Positions 39,203-54,946 of a DNA stretch of 64,000 nt are shown one piece after another (the stretch's first letter is position 1; each line of letters begins with the position of its first letter). Made by a program: the position numbers and the translations under genes. This DNA comes from Octopus vulgaris. Its lineage: Eukaryota. Under the pieces are notes generated by a model, which was not told the DNA's origin, did no database searches, and saw nothing but the letters and a program-made list of their open reading frames with translations. The DNA lies in assembly GCA_951406725.2 (NCBI GenBank), contig OX597817.1, positions 44,082,001 through 44,146,000 on the forward strand, given 5' to 3'.

Positions 39203-40708
39203 TACCCCCCACACACACGCACACACACATGCAAGTGTTTGTGTGTGTGTGTGTTTGTCTGCCGCAAAATAACCACTGTGGTCGATTCATTCGAATAACA
39301 GTTCGTCACGGTGGTGCCCCAGCATGGTCGCAGTCTAATGACTGAAATAAGTAAAAGAAAGATACTTGTGTGTATGTACATAGCACAAGTTAAATTTCTA
39401 GATTATTACATAAATCTCAACAATACTTCCTTTAACTACTTGACTTCGTAATTTCCTAATTAGCCGTGCACTTCGCGGTTTTGTGAAACTTAAACCCCCA
39501 AATCAGTGCTGTACCAATTAGTTATATGACCAAGAGAGTCAATAATCATTGGCATAAATCTAAAATTATCGCCAGTATTCTCATTAATTAAGCACAGTTG
39601 TTTTTTTCCTTTCTTTTCAAATTAACATTATGTTTACGTCTGTTTTACAACTGAATTCTACAATTGTACACACTTTGTTATTTCCCTTCCCAATCATTAT
39701 AATAATGATCGCCTGAAACACCCTTTCTAGAAGAGATTGCATTGTATATGTTTTGACAGCATGCCTCGCAAGAAAATGATACTGTGATATCATTTTCAGA
39801 CGGATATTTATGATGTGGGTCATATATCTTCGGTGTTGATTTTCAGAGCCTGCGTAAGTTGGCACATCTAGGGGTTTTACCAACATTTTATTTTGTGCAT
39901 CAGCTATTGCTGTTAATTACTATTCCTGAATTGTAAAAGTATGCCCTTCGAAGTGAATATTCACTAACATCTACTCTGGTTATCAATGTTAGTCTCAGAG
40001 TGGAGTTGTCTGATAACATAACCTAATAACCTTCTGCTGATAGGCAGAAAGCCTTTTACCTGATGTTCTGCTGCGCATCATTCCTGGGTGTGTATCTCTG
40101 GCCATTAACCAGGTAATACATACCAGGGTGTTTCTTTCCAACTCACATGAAGACTTTGGCTCCATTTATGAAGACTCGAGCCATAGATGCATTTCGAGGA
40201 TTAGCGATTCTATCGCAAGGGTAGGAATCGAACAAACCTAAAGGGTCGGTGGTCACGTTTGGTTACAATAATGTGTTTTGGATGCGATCACATTTTACTT
40301 TAAAATGACCGGATTCACACATCTCTAAAGAACCACATCGCGAGGGTTGCATTCCCGTGCTGTAAGTAACAACAGCATTGTGAAGCTGATGCTTCGTAGG
40401 TATTGTACTGTGTTGATTTTGCTTACGGAAATGTCTACAGGCGACAGATCATGAAACTATCCAGGTAGGGGATATCTCTTATCCATTTAATGGTACAGAG
40501 ATATCAGTTACACGAATCTTTGTAATTTGGATACTGAATGAATCATGTACATAACTTAAACTCTCATCAGCTATCATCTCTCCTACAAAGAGTGTTTGTA
40601 TCAAGTATATGGAATAATTTCAGACAAGTTTCTTAAAAGTCATTACACCTGCAAGTAGTATGAACAGCAATGTTTAGACCTAGTTAGACCACTGAAGCTA
40701 CTGCTATA

Positions 40709-40910
40709 TTCTTTTACTTGTTTCAGTCATTTGACTGCAGCCATGCTGGAGCACCGCCTTTAGTCGTGCAAATCGGCCCCAGAACTTATTCTATGTAAGC
40801 CTAGTACTTATTCTAGCGGTCTCTTTTGCTGAACCGCTAAGTTTCGGGGACGAAAACACACCAGCATCGGTTTTCAAGCGATGTTGCGGGGGGGGGGGAG
40901 GGCAAACACA

Positions 40911-40950
<40 letters not shown>

Positions 40951-41120
40951 TATATATGACGGGCTTCTTTCAGTTTCCGTCTACCAAATCCACTCACAAG
41001 GCTTTGGTCGGCCCGAGGCTACAGTAGAAGACACTTGCCCAAGATGCCACGCAGTGGGACTGAACCGGAAACCAGGTAGTTGGTAAACAAGCTACTTACC
41101 ACACAGCCACTCTTGCGCCT
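40709..41120 (-). mobile_element. SINE family B, full length
   Basis: Head, CORE-like block, internal (TA)(TG)n and G-run, 3' block and AAGTAAAAG tail. Confidence 0.9.
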
Positions 41121-42339
41121 ATTTTCGATGGTTAGATATATGTTTGTAAAACAATCTCGCTTCACAAGATTGATGAGAGCCCTGTGATTTTAGGACATGC
41201 TTGAAAAGTAGTCAAATCTATATCAAACGAATGCTAACTGCTTTAAAGCTGAACAAAACGATGTTTGGGACGACAGCAGGTGGCATAAGTAGTATACAAC
41301 TTACTGTTACCTCTAGCACAATTCTATGACAATCTATTACTAAGTTGAATCGTTAATATTTCAGAGCTAACAATAGTTCTAAACACTCTATGAGCTCAGA
41401 AATCATGGTTCTGTTCATATAAAAAGGAAACCACTATAATTATTTAATGAAACATTGATTAAATACACTCATTTACTTAAAACAACTAAAAATATTTGAG
41501 AAATACTATCGTTGTCTTTTGAACTGCAGCAAGTAGAATGAACAACTGTAATTTATAAGTACTCTGTTTATCAGTTTTCATGATTAAACTATTTTAGAGG
41601 AAGATTACAAACATAAAATTCATTAAACTCATTTGCCCCGTGGTGCAAAATGTATGTTTATTCAGTTCAAATCTAGCCAGGTGATCGTAACATTTACGTT
41701 TAATTGATTGTTTTCCATGCATATGAATTGTAATAGAATTTTAGGGGGCGGGAACGACAAGTTATGATGTCTATGTATTTTATCAGAAAATGATTGGTGT
41801 AAAGGAAAAGGATATCAATCCAGACTCAAAAACGAACCCTCTTGTGCTGTACTTGCCTTTTGGATTCTTAAGGAATTTGCCATATCTATGTTTTCTTTTC
41901 TTTCATATATTGTTTGTACTATCGCACCGATCTCACCAATCTGGGTGAGCGAATATACAAACACTATGATTACTGCCCTTCCTAAAATAATTAGTGTCTA
42001 CTAATCACCATGTTATTTGTATTTGAGAAAAATTTATCACTTTTGGCAAAATTTCACATCGAAAAAGGAATAAAATCATATTAGTTACAAAAAATATGTA
42101 ACAAAACTATTTTAATCATCTCTAAACCATACAGAATTATAGTGTTTGTAAAATGTATGCTAAGAGGATACATATTCAAGAATATAGATAAGTTTGAGTC
42201 ATAAATTTAAGACGGAACTATCATGTATTCTGCTTATGTACTAAAACGTGTTAAAATATTAGATAAGATGATTAACGATGTATTTAAGAGTTACTGAGAT
42301 GTGCAGTGCTCAAAGCTCGTAGATGCTAAACACACACAT

Positions 42340-42410
<71 letters not shown>

Positions 42411-45291
42411 CGGTGACTAATATATGTCATATTTGCATTAGAAGAAAAATTAAAGAAAATATTATCAAATGTTAAATTATCTTCAGTGTTATTTTCTTGA
42501 CTTGATTAGGAAGTGGAGTAAAAGTGGAGTGGATTAGGAAGTTAGGTAAAATATAGGATTTACCCAAATTAATATAACGTAAGCAGAAAACGTGAATTAA
42601 TATGAACAACATTTAACGACGTTTTGTGAGAGAGAATTTGTGCGGAAAAATATAGTGGAAACTATTCTATTAGACAAAGTTTCTCATAAAGAAGCTTATA
42701 TTCGTTATTAACACCACTGAAACCTTTCATAGGATTTTATAAATTTAAGTACGACAGGTCGAAATGCAAAAGTAAAACATTACTAGCAGAAATGACCTCC
42801 TAATGTTGTTAAATATAAAGCCGATCAAAAGACAATTCCATCTTATGAATGTAAAAGTTAAACATGAAGTAGAATATAAATGAATGACAGAATTTACAAA
42901 CGGATTATAGGATAACAGTATTGTACACTCTAAAATCCCTCAGATTCCTGGCAGGATTTTAATGTAAATACTGCGGTCCAGGCCAAATATTTACATTTGC
43001 AGTGGCAGCTTACCTTAAGAATTGTCTCCATAAAGAAATAAACATACACCATTATGAGTTTCGTTTAGACCTGAGAAGCTGTGTTAATAAAATGTTTTAC
43101 AAGGATTATCAGACGTCAATATATTGATCCTGACTTTAGATATTAATCTTTGTCAGGTTAGTTTTGACTTGGTAGTGATATCGCCGTTTAGCCAGAGGAA
43201 TGTTGAAAAAAGTGAAAGTTGTTTCAATGGCGCCTGCAGTTGAACTAATCTTCATTGCTCAGAAACACATAATGTTTGGATGTGATTTAGAACTTCATAC
43301 TCGTACAAATTTTTCTGATAACAGCTCCTTACATATACTTAGTACTATACCTAGTTCTTACGAACCGTTGTGAGTAATGGATATTTCTAAACCCTAATCT
43401 AACTCCAATAATATTACCAGTGTTTCTTTATCGACTGATTAAAGTCTCTACTGGCTTAAAGAAAATTGAATTCTTAAGTACTGCAGCAGAACAGTTTTGG
43501 TTTACTTCGAGTTATCTATGCCAGCTGAGAAACGCGAATTCAGAACTGAAAGTTAACAAAGCATCCATTCATTTTCTATCTCCCCAATCAAATCCTTCAG
43601 AAGACAGCTATATCCACTCCATTTTACGTCAAACTGAAGGGGACTAACAAGAAATTAGTGTCTCGATTACTTAACGAGTGAAGTGCCAGTACTGGAAGAA
43701 GAATACCTTCAGATGGTAGTCAGACATCTTAACGACACTGTCGTCTGCACTATCCATTCTATTCAAAGATTTCTAAATAATCATTATTAAATAATTCCAG
43801 TACAATAATTTCATTGCAGTCTAATATAAAGGGTGTCTAAGACTCATGTTTGTTTTAATCTTTCGCATTCATTGAAAACTGTGGCTTCAGATTTGTTTTT
43901 ATTTCTCTGGTGAGTGCCAGTATAGCAATTTGTACACCACCACCTTCATCATCATCATCATCGTCGTCATCATACAACAGCAGCAGTATTAAATACTGGA
44001 GTACTATAATGCAGCACCGTTATCGGGAACAATAACAATAAAAACAACGTTACCGACAAAAATAATCAGCGTTTCAAAACGAAAATCATTGATTAATGCA
44101 ACACCAACATCAAAGACAGGTCGAAGAGTAATTACAGTTACAACGCGAACAACAGGAGCACTAACAAGACTTTAATAACAGCTGCAAAAATAAGATCCAA
44201 CAACAACAACAACAACACGGAAGCATAAATAACAATAACAAAAACAACAAAACAACGGAAACAAAAACACTATAGCCGACAATAGCTATAACAATAACAT
44301 TAAAAAAAAATGGAGACTACAACAAAAATCAGTTTGAATAGCAACAACGTTAATAAGAAATCCAATAGCAACCATACAGAATGACAAGAATAGAAAAAAC
44401 AGATACGATAAACATTACCACAACTCTTTTTTTTTAAAAAAAAAATCATTAAGAAAAATGCTGCAAAACAATATCAACAGCAACACCAACATACCACCAG
44501 CAATAGCAGTAACAACAGCAATCAGAAACACACCAGAAGAGAGGAGAGGCTTTTGTCTGGAGACTGTTGTATTATGATTGTAATGAAAACTAGATGTAAA
44601 TATATAAAAGAAAATATTGCAGACATACAAGTAAATCTTTGTTTTTATTTCCTTCCACCAAAGGATTATTAACCTTAATATTTCCTCAAAGCTCAGTTTC
44701 TACATTCAACGATTTCTTCAGCATCCACTAACTCTCTTTTATACTATCATCTATTTACTCTTTCTCCAGGAATACATATAGCAAAAATAGATTCTTTACA
44801 AAATGAATTCCATGAAAGACTAGAGAGAAGCACGTTCTGTTTGAAAATTAAGAAGAGTTATTGAAAAAGATATTTTACTATAGTGTCCGAGAAAATTATT
44901 TTATATCTCGACTGCAAATTAACATTTTTTTCTTTTCTTTTAAAAAAAAGAAAAAAGAGAAAGAAACGGAGTTATTTCTAATTACGAAATATAAGTAGAG
45001 ATTTCTAAAAATAAATAAATAAATAAATGTTGTTCATTTTCAATTGTCTTCATGATTTGCGAGGAAAAAGAAAAGAGAAAAAGAAATATTTCCATTATTT
45101 GATTCTTAGAAAACTATGCACCACAGAGACCAGGTAAAACTAATTTTAATATAATTTTTTCATGAATGTGTCTAGAAATGAATACGCAAACACAGATAAA
45201 TAAATAGATAGGTATATTTCAATACAGACACACAAATATAATATTACTAGTAATATAATATATATATATACACATATACTTACCAACAACA

Positions 45292-45330
<39 letters not shown>

Positions 45331-45665
45331 GATATATGGAAGGACACACATATTCACATAATTATTTAGCAATAATTTTTGTGCATAGTTTTACATGATT
45401 TGTATATACGACTATATTGAATTTGTTTCATATAAATCAATGGTATGATATAAAATCAATATGTTCCATTTTTGTATACATCAAACGCATAGGAAATTAA
45501 AAAAAAAACACTAAGAAATATAAAAAAGTTTCTATCTATCTATCTTTCTCTGTACACACTCAAACACACACACATATAACATATAGGGAGAAAGAGAGAG
45601 AGAGAAAGAATGAGAGAGGAAGTGAGCGAGAGAAAAAATTGAGTAATATGTATGCCCATGTACAC

Positions 45666-45773
<108 letters not shown>

Positions 45774-46351
45774 GTGAGCGTCTTTGCGCGCGTGGGCATG
45801 AGGTGTGTGCGTGTGCGTTTGTTTGTATGATTGTACATGTTGCAATCATACATGCATTTGAATGTATGATTCTGCACAAGCACAAACATATGCTGATATC
45901 TATATATAGGCGTAGCCTTTAAATTGAGTATCAAGTGCTCTTTCATAGGATTTCATTTCGAGTTTGCAGGATTGCCTTTCATCCAAAGATAAAAGGTAAA
46001 ATAAATAAGAGATACAATCAATCATAATGATTTTCCTCCACAACATATCTTCTGAAACATCACGTGAAGCACTTTTTATGTGGTGTTATATTTACTAACC
46101 CCTTACCTCTAAAGCTAGTTTTAAGTCGCACGAAAAGTAATATGGAACACTTTTAGCACCAGTGTTTCCATTTTCCTCTCTAGCTTCTTTTACTTATGCT
46201 CAAAGTCAATCTTTGCAGTGGCAGAATTTTCGGGGTTTTTTTTTGTCTTAAATACATGTAATCTCATCTATCACCGTGGTATACTTAGTACGCAGTGTTC
46301 TGTGGTAAGCGTAGGTTATGCTTGTTCCAGTTATCATCCATAATATTCCAT

Positions 46352-46693
46352 TGGGGAGGGGGCCAGTCGATTAGATCGACTCCAGTACGCGACTGGTGCT
46401 CATCGATCCCGAAAGGATGAAAGGCAAAGTCGACCTCGGCGGAATTTGAACTCAGAACGTAGCGGCAGACGAGATACCTATTTCTTTACTACACAGAGAG
46501 GGCAAACAAGGACAGACAAACGGATTAAGTCGATTATATCGATCCCAGTGCGTAACTGGTACTTATTTAATCGACCCCGAAAGGATGAAAGGCAAAGTCG
46601 ACCGCGGCCTAATTTGAACTCAGAACGTAACGGCAGACGAGATACCGCTAAGCATTTCACCCTGCGTGCTAACGTTTCTGCTAGCTCGCCGCC
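46352..46693 (-). mobile_element. SINE family A heterodimer (type-1 + truncated type-2 unit)
   Basis: Junction at 46478/46477; ATCCATAAT direct repeat at 46336-46344 and 46698-46706. Confidence 0.88.
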
Positions 46694-46841
46694 TTCTATC
46701 CATAATTTTCAGTTACTTAGGACACACTGATTATCACTTGTGTTTCTATCACTTTCGTGCGAGGCTGAGTATTTTTTTGTACTGATTTACCTACTCGTAT
46801 CCATCAGTGAGTAGAAAAAAATATATACAGAGAGGCCTGAT

Positions 46842-46980
46842 CCTAACAAACGACATAGTCAAATGTATTCTGTACAGGAAAGAGAAGAGATGATGAAGAA
46901 AATACGTGACAGTGGAAGCTTCGCTACTGTATGCCATGAGTTTGGCGTCAATGAATTTGCCATTCGTTCTATTTACAAAG
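46842..46980 (+). pseudogene. pogo/Tigger-like transposase N-terminal HTH (CENP-B N-type) fragment
   Basis: PNKRHSQMYSVQEREEMMKKIRDSGSFATVCHEFGVNEFAIRSIYK resembles the TLQEKVELL..G.S.A.VAR.YGVNESTVR.IKK pattern. Confidence 0.55.
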
Positions 46981-47419
46981 TGCATGGAGATGATTCATTT
47001 ATCACTCATTCATTTATCATTGTTTCTTGTTTTTTTTCTTTAGGAATCAAACCCATGTGATAAACGAGGATAGATGTATATTACTGATGAAATACGTGCC
47101 AGTAATGTAATTGCCCAAGTGTTTAATCAACTACTCTCGTTTTCTATAAATGTGTGACCTTGTTGAAAGTTAGAAATCGTTATTCAGACTACATATTACG
47201 TGCTCAACGTTCTGCATGCTATTCGGTATTGATTTTTATAGCTTATTTTCCCGAAGCTGTGTCATTAGAGCGTCGGATGTAATATATTGCCGTATTCGCT
47301 CTGGATTTTAGCATCCTGAGTTCAAATCCCACCATGGGCAAGGTTGCCTCTCGATGTTACAAGGTCCATGAATCAAGTACCAGAATCGTTACCGTACCAG
47401 ATCATATGCTTAGCTGCAT

Positions 47420-47585
47420 TTCTTCCAGCCTTTTGTTCTGAGTTTAAATTTTTCCGAGGTCGACTTTGCTTTTAATCCTTTCGGGATCGATGAAATAAGT
47501 ACCAGTTGAACACTGATGACAATGTCATCGACTAGCTTCCATCCCCCAAATTTACAGGTCTTGTGCCTATTGTAGAAGGGATTAT
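47420..47585 (+). mobile_element. SINE family A, 5'-degenerate, type-2 tail
   Basis: TTCTGAGTTTAAAT..GTCGACTTTGC..AAGTACCAG..CCCCAAATTTACAGGTCTTGTGCC. Confidence 0.78.
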
Positions 47586-48977
47586 ATTTATCACCAGTAT
47601 GATGGCTGCGAAGAGGCATGTTTTACCTTTCAGACAAGGAATAAAAAAATTATTATTATTAAAAATGTAGTGCTTTGAATTTGCATATAATTTGCGCATA
47701 ATTCATTTGTCATACATACTTAGACATACTTAGAATCAAGTAAATATATATCCCCAGTTAAGGTCATTTCGATCCACGTGCATTACTAATGCCTTTGAAA
47801 ATGGCATGGATATCAGATAATCTTATCTGAAACTGTGCTATGAAAGAAAATCAATATATTCTGTTGGTATTTATTATGGATAAGCCAGCGGTACAGCACT
47901 CTCATATATAACATGCCAACTCATTCCTAAGGCTAGTTTGTATTATGAATTCCGAAATCATTGTTCCTTATGTGCAATGTTAAGTGCATTGACCGATTGA
48001 ATAATCCCTTATATTAAGGTCACAAGTTTATATCTCGTTGATTATATTACTTTGCTGATTAAGAACTCATTATTCCTTATGGGCAATATATTTCATATAT
48101 TGACCAAGTGCATAAAGTGTACCGTTCCGTTTGTTTAGGTCGTGAGTTCATATTGCTCAACAGATGATGCATAGCATTTCTCAGTGAGACAATTTTACTG
48201 CTTGCTGAAGGCTTTTTGCCTCTATAGATATCATTATTCATTGCATAATTGGATAATAATTCATGTTTTGTTTCGTTATTTCTAATCACAGTCTAAGAGA
48301 TCTAAGTTTAAGTCCTTACAGAAGTAGCTACAAGAACTCGGTATATATTGTCAAGTAAAGAACTCACACCATTAATTCCTGAATTACTTTGATCCTTTGA
48401 CATCAAATTATTTAGTTTCTGTCTTTAAATAGTTAAATTTATGATTAACCTATAGATCGTGTAGGAAGATATATTCGCTCATTAAACATTGAAAGTCTTA
48501 GAAGCTGGTAAGAGAAAGCGAAATATAAGTTGTGACGAGTAAAATAACAGTAAGATAACAGGCTGTGAAATGAAAGCTATGTAGATAAATAAACACAAAT
48601 GCACGTACAAGAACACGTACATACACATATACCCGTAAACATATGTGTATATGAACGGGTATGGGTACATACACATATGTTTACCTATGTGTACATACCC
48701 GTACACATATGTGCGTGTATGTGTACGAGTATGTGCACATACACATACGTGTGCCTGTGCGTTCATACCCGAACACATACATACGCATCTTTTAGAATAG
48801 AATAAGAACTGTTTAGCTAGTTTACATAAAAATATTTGAAAGGCAGATTAAGGACATGAAAGAGAATAGAATAAGAGAGAGAAAAATGAGCAGCCAAGAG
48901 AGAGGGAGAGAGAGAGAGAGACAGAGAGAGAAAGAAAGAGATAGAGAGAAGTCAAATAGTGGGCGTTTCTAATTTTC

Positions 48978-49015
<38 letters not shown>

Positions 49016-49640
49016 CTAATAAATAATGTAGGTGCATAACGTTTTATTTCATTTCCCGTTTAAGATCGTTTCATTGAGCCGTAGGAGCTTCTTTTAATTT
49101 CTGTATTGCTAAGAAGATGAGAGAAACATCGTCACCCATTTAATATATCGCACAATTTTAACTGAAAAGTACCTCTAAGCAAGATTAAAACTTGGGGGAC
49201 CATTATGCCTCTCGTTGAGAAGACAAGCCATAAAGTGAATGTATTTCACACTTCGCGTATTGAACTTTCATAGATGAAAAGTGGAGTAAGCGATTTATGT
49301 TTGACCAGAACGTTTTTAACTTGGTATCTTCAAATGTAGGTTTCTGTAGTCTTAAAACTGCAACAGCATCATGTATAATACTTCCTTATATACGAAAATA
49401 TAAAAACTTGTTAAATTCAACGAGACATTCAAATAGATAAGTCAAGTGTTGGATTTCTGTTATCGATACATTAAGTTGCAATCTCGAAGTGTGTCACTTT
49501 GGACAGGTTTCTTCTGCTATAGTGTCGTGTGAAGAAGCGACGGAATAGCTCGAATAGTGACCACACATAAAGCAAACATTTCATAGATTGCATCCACGCC
49601 ATGTCACTACCCTTGCAAAAGCTGACTGGATATTCTAAAA

Positions 49641-49681
49641 CAACAACTACTACTATACTACTGCTACCTCTACTACTGCTG

Positions 49682-49713
<32 letters not shown>

Positions 49714-49727
49714 GCTACTGCTGCTGT

Positions 49728-49782
<55 letters not shown>

Positions 49783-49796
49783 GCTACTGCTGCTGT

Positions 49797-49843
<47 letters not shown>

Positions 49844-49870
49844 TTGCTGCTGCTGCTGTTGTTGTTGTTG
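49641..49870. repeat. (TAC/TGC)n trinucleotide tract
   Basis: Direct tandem repeat. Confidence 0.95.
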
Positions 49871-50064
49871 CTAAGCAACAAGATGGGTAAGGGTGATTAG
49901 GTGATGGTCTAGGGCTTAGGGGCGGGAGACCTCAGTATATATGTAATGCATAATATATTATACATGTATGTATATTGTTATAATTGTTTTTTTTAAAAAT
50001 AAATAATATAATGTCTAAAATTTGATGAATACCACCTCTTGATCCCCTCCATTTTCATATTGTT

Positions 50065-50100
<36 letters not shown>

Positions 50101-50101
<1 letters not shown>

Positions 50102-50319
50102 AACAATTGCAGCATGGAAGGTGTTTATAAGTCATTTAAGAAACACAAAAAAAACCTTTAGATTTACTTGTCATTGACAAATTAAACTTAAATGTTGAAG
50201 TGAATCTAACGGTTTTTGTGTGTTACTTAAATGGCTTATAAACACCTTCCACGCTGCAATTGTTTTCGTTCCAGCACACGATCTCAGATCAGGTCACTTA
50301 CTATGTAAGTACATCTCCG

Positions 50320-50322
<3 letters not shown>
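50101..50322. mobile_element. Asymmetric inverted-repeat element embedded in (TA)n (Penelope-like or MITE remnant)
   Basis: Arms 50101-50169 and 50198-50265 are imperfect reverse complements, followed by a ~55-bp unpaired extension; (TA)n on both flanks. Confidence 0.6.
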
Positions 50323-50382
<60 letters not shown>

Positions 50383-50804
50383 GAATTCACAGTTACAGAA
50401 CTAAAATCATGTGCAATAAATTGCACATTACAATTTAAAATGCAGGCTGAGTATATTTATCATTTGAATGATTATTCTAAAGGTGAGATTATCTTCACGA
50501 CTTCAACGAGATGAAATATATGATGTGCGAGTGTGTGCATTATTGTATGTGTATGCACATGTTACATGCTGTTATGCACATTTCGTACACACTCTCAGTT
50601 GTGATTCTTCTGAAGCACAAACTCTCGCGAGGTACAGCAATTCATTTGATCATATAGGCATAGATGCTTCTTAAACTTGAAAATAAATAATGTTTTCCCT
50701 TGTCTACTGTTATTCGCCTAAAATTGGTTATCAAAACATGGCGTAAACTCAATTGCTTTTGGTTTTAAACTTTAGTTTTCGTTTGACAACAGTGTGAGTA
50801 GTAA

Positions 50805-50843
<39 letters not shown>

Positions 50844-51012
50844 TAGTGGTAGTAGTAGTAGCAGTAATGGAAGCAGTAGTACTGTTATCCATATTCATGT
50901 TAGATTTTGCTTTCAAACCTATGGTATCGTTGCTGTCAATGTTGAAAATATTGATAGACATAATGTTGGAATTTAACAACCGCGCGCGCGCGCATGTGTG
51001 CATGAGTCTGTA

Positions 51013-51105
<93 letters not shown>

Positions 51106-52289
51106 GAAAGTGAGAGATAGAGAGAAACAGAGGGAGAGCGGATATAATTGACGTTAAGGATGCTGTGGGTTGTGTTTAATGCACGCATCCGTTTGTTGCA
51201 TTTAATTTACCTCCACAAACACAAATGTTTACACTAGTCTAGTGTTTGGTACACAACGAATTAGACGGTTATAGTAAAGCTGAATGCAAAGAGAATGTTT
51301 TATGTTATAAGAATATGTAACGGATTAGGAAAAGAAAATCAAATAGCTGAAATATCCTCGAGAAACAATAATTGATAAATAACACGAAAGGCAAATAAGT
51401 GGAAGAAAAAATCCATTAATTTTCAAACGAATTAGTTATCCATTTATTTCTTAAGAAAGGATCTGATTACTCGGAAAAATTTAACTGCGTTAAGAGGCAC
51501 GCTGAGAAAAAGATAGAAAAAATTTCGTAACACTGTGTATGTCTTGCAATCCACAGAAACTTCTTCTAAAAGGTTTACATTCATAACGTTATCAAGTAAT
51601 ATTAATAACTCTTAAGTATTTTCTTCCTACAATTGGATTCATTTTGTCTGGGAACAAATGTTAACTAACAATGCCATCCGAAAGTTTGTATCTCTATAAA
51701 CGAGAAAATGTTTAACAGTCTTTCGTTAATGTCCCAGAAGATATTCAAAAGTAAGCCATCATCTTCATTACTCATCATGCTATTAGTAGAGTAGTTAGCA
51801 TGTCGAATAAACTGTATTCGTTTTGTCTCTCTGCACTATCAGTTCAAATACCGCTGACGTCAAATTTGCCTTTCATTCCTTCGTGGGGGCAATAAAAAGT
51901 ACCATTCCCCAGAAGAAGTATAAGAACAATCAATCAGATATTTTGCGGTGTTTGTTCAAACTCCTTGCGTCCTGAGTTCAAATCCCATCGTGACCTTGAG
52001 TGGTAGACTTAATCCGTTGCCCAGTTTAACACCACAACCTCTTGTGTACTAAGGTGCAATAAAACCTTACTAAATGAGACTTTCCATCCGTGATCATGAA
52101 CATCGAACTTATGAAATACGATGTTTTCGTTTTGTTCTTCAGTTTTAGAAAGGCTCCACAATGTGTCTTTATCCAGCACGGATCTTTAATGTTAATTCAA
52201 ATTAGGATAATCAAATCATCGGAGCTTTAAAGTCAGCCATGTTGGAGGTATGGCTAGGAAAAATCAATTCGATTTTCCAGGTCTCTCAT

Positions 52290-52423
52290 TTTCGGCCGAG
52301 TGTACTGGAGTTAGGGGAAAAGTGCCTTGCTCAAGGACACAATGCGCTGCCTATAACCGAGAATCGAACCCAATAACTAACGACTGTGAGCGCAACACCT
52401 AACAACTAGGCTATGCGTCTTCA
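52290..52423 (-). mobile_element. SINE family D-like 5' half
   Basis: Minus strand TAGCCTAGTTG..GGTTCGATTC..TGTGTCCTTGAGCAAGGCAC. Confidence 0.7.
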
Positions 52424-53420
52424 TGTCATAGATCTGGTCCCTGCATGTTAAAAGTCCAATTCTTTTTCTTTGAGTAATTTCTATGTACTATCAGGCATGA
52501 ACATTTAGTACTTTTTAACTCCCATCCCTATTCGAAATCCAGAATTTTAGGTTAAATGATAAAAATTTTGGACATTTGAAGTTCTGTGGTGGTGATGACC
52601 ACGACGACGATAATGGTTATGATGATGATGATAATAATAATAATAATGATCGAGGTGATGAAAATCACATTTTGATGTTCAATTTTGAGCAGAATTTTAA
52701 ATTCTATCGTTTATTGATAATGAAGTATCCCAAGCGCCAAACAATAATTTCAACGCAAAATATATTTTATATCACTTAGCTAAGAGAATTTCGAAGTTTT
52801 TGAGGGATAATTTAAATATTTGATCTTTGAATTCTAACGGTGATCAGAACATCAAAGATTAAATTATATACATGGCAAAGCAACTTTTCTCATCATTTTA
52901 TTTCAGTTTACAAAAGCATATTAGTCTTTTAAACATTTTAGATTAGATTTGAACCATTGTGTGCAGTTCTCTTATTGGTGGAATTTCACAGAATAGGCCA
53001 AAATGATAAAATTAAAGGGCGTAATTTGATTGTTCTTAGGTCATTTGGACTGATTGAGTAGTGAAAGCAATATGAATGGATCACGTAATGTGATAGTCGA
53101 AAGTTCCATAATTTGATTAGTGTTTGAAAATTGTCTTCACGAAGAAATTTGATTGGCTAACTGCAGAGTTTACATGAAACGATCAAACTGATTAAACAGA
53201 GTGCATGAATCATCCATAACTGAATGAATATAAGTTTACCTGTTGCCATACAAAGCGTGATAGCAAATACTGCAATGTTTACTAATAGGAAATATATGGT
53301 TTTACGTGTTAAAGCAAGTTAATAATGATGGAGAATAATATCAGAGCTGTGGAAAATAAATCAATCGACAATACATAAAGATTTACTTCAAAATATTTCT
53401 AAATAAATTTTAGGTTTTTA

Positions 53421-53618
53421 CTCTCTTCTTCCTCCTCCTCTCTCTTCCTCCTCCTCCACCTCTACCCCCTCTTCTTCCTCTCTCTTCCTCCTCCTTCTCT
53501 TCCTCTCTCTTCCTCCCCTCCTCTCTCTCTTCTCCCTCTCCTATCTCTTCCTCCTCTCTCTCTTCCCCTCTTCCTCTTTCTTCCCCCTCCTTTCTCTTCC
53601 TCCTCTCTCCTCCTCCTC
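53421..53618. repeat. Polypyrimidine (CCT/CT) tract
   Basis: About 200 bp of almost pure C/T. Confidence 0.93.
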
Positions 53619-53980
53619 ATCATCATCATCATACATCATGTGATTTTTACACATGTATTATTGAAGTATATTATTGAAGTAAAAGAATATTTCTGTGTGT
53701 GCATAAAAGTGTATAAATGTGTGCGTGCGTATGTGTGTATTAGTGTGTGCGCGCGTGCGTCTGTGTGTGTGTGTGCGCGCGTGTGTGTGAGCGCGCGCAC
53801 GTTTTTTAAACGTGTCTGGTTGTTTATTAATGTATTAATAATTCGAAGTTTAGATGTATACGTCTATACATTTCAAAATTCGATTAGAATTGTTTTCTTG
53901 GTATATTAATCAAATGTGTCTCATCTTTTTAATATACTTTAGCAAAGCAGGCTTGCTGTTTAGGTGGAAATTTATGTCTG

Positions 53981-54019
<39 letters not shown>

Positions 54020-54714
54020 CTACCACTCTCTCACAGCCACGAAAGAAGACTTTATGGGAGCAAGAATCTTTCCTATTTTTATAGTTGTAAGAATGGAAAA
54101 ATAAAAATGCAAAGACGAGGGTGTGAGGTGAGAGAAAAACTGCTAGGTTAAGTTAGTTGAAGGGTTACTAGATTCATAGGTACTTCTACGCTTTTATTTC
54201 TCTCAGACTTAGGCCACAAAAACTTCATACTCCACTCATACACACACACACTGAATTGTGTTGACATACAACATATGTAACTACAGGCATTGCTATCACG
54301 CTGATACTATTACTGCTGTTGTTAGTTGGCTATTGAAAACATAGAGGGTTGGTAGCGGTTGCAGCTACTGGCTTCGTGCTCATGGTGGAGGTGGGATGTT
54401 GGTGGCGTTGGAAATATTGTTGTTCTTAACTTCACAGTTGATGATGTTTATTTTTAAGTCAATTCTCATTTATCTAACTTCAAAGACCTTTCATTTAATA
54501 TTTAAAATACACAAGAGTTTCACATTATCTTATGCGGTTGCTTTTTTGAATTCCAGATGGAGTTAGTCATATTTTTCATTCAATTTTTGTTCTTATTGTT
54601 GGTTATTAAAGAGATGCTGGGTCACGAATAGAAGTGTTTGTATTGGTTTTGGTGTTGATGGTGGTTGTGCTGGTATTGATGATATATAGTGGAGATTTAT
54701 ACACACACATTCAC

Positions 54715-54748
<34 letters not shown>

Positions 54749-54823
54749 AAAAGAGAAAGAGATGTTCATTGTGACTTGCATCCCAAAATAATATTTATAC
54801 ATATGTATATATACATATATAGA

Positions 54824-54946
<123 letters not shown>

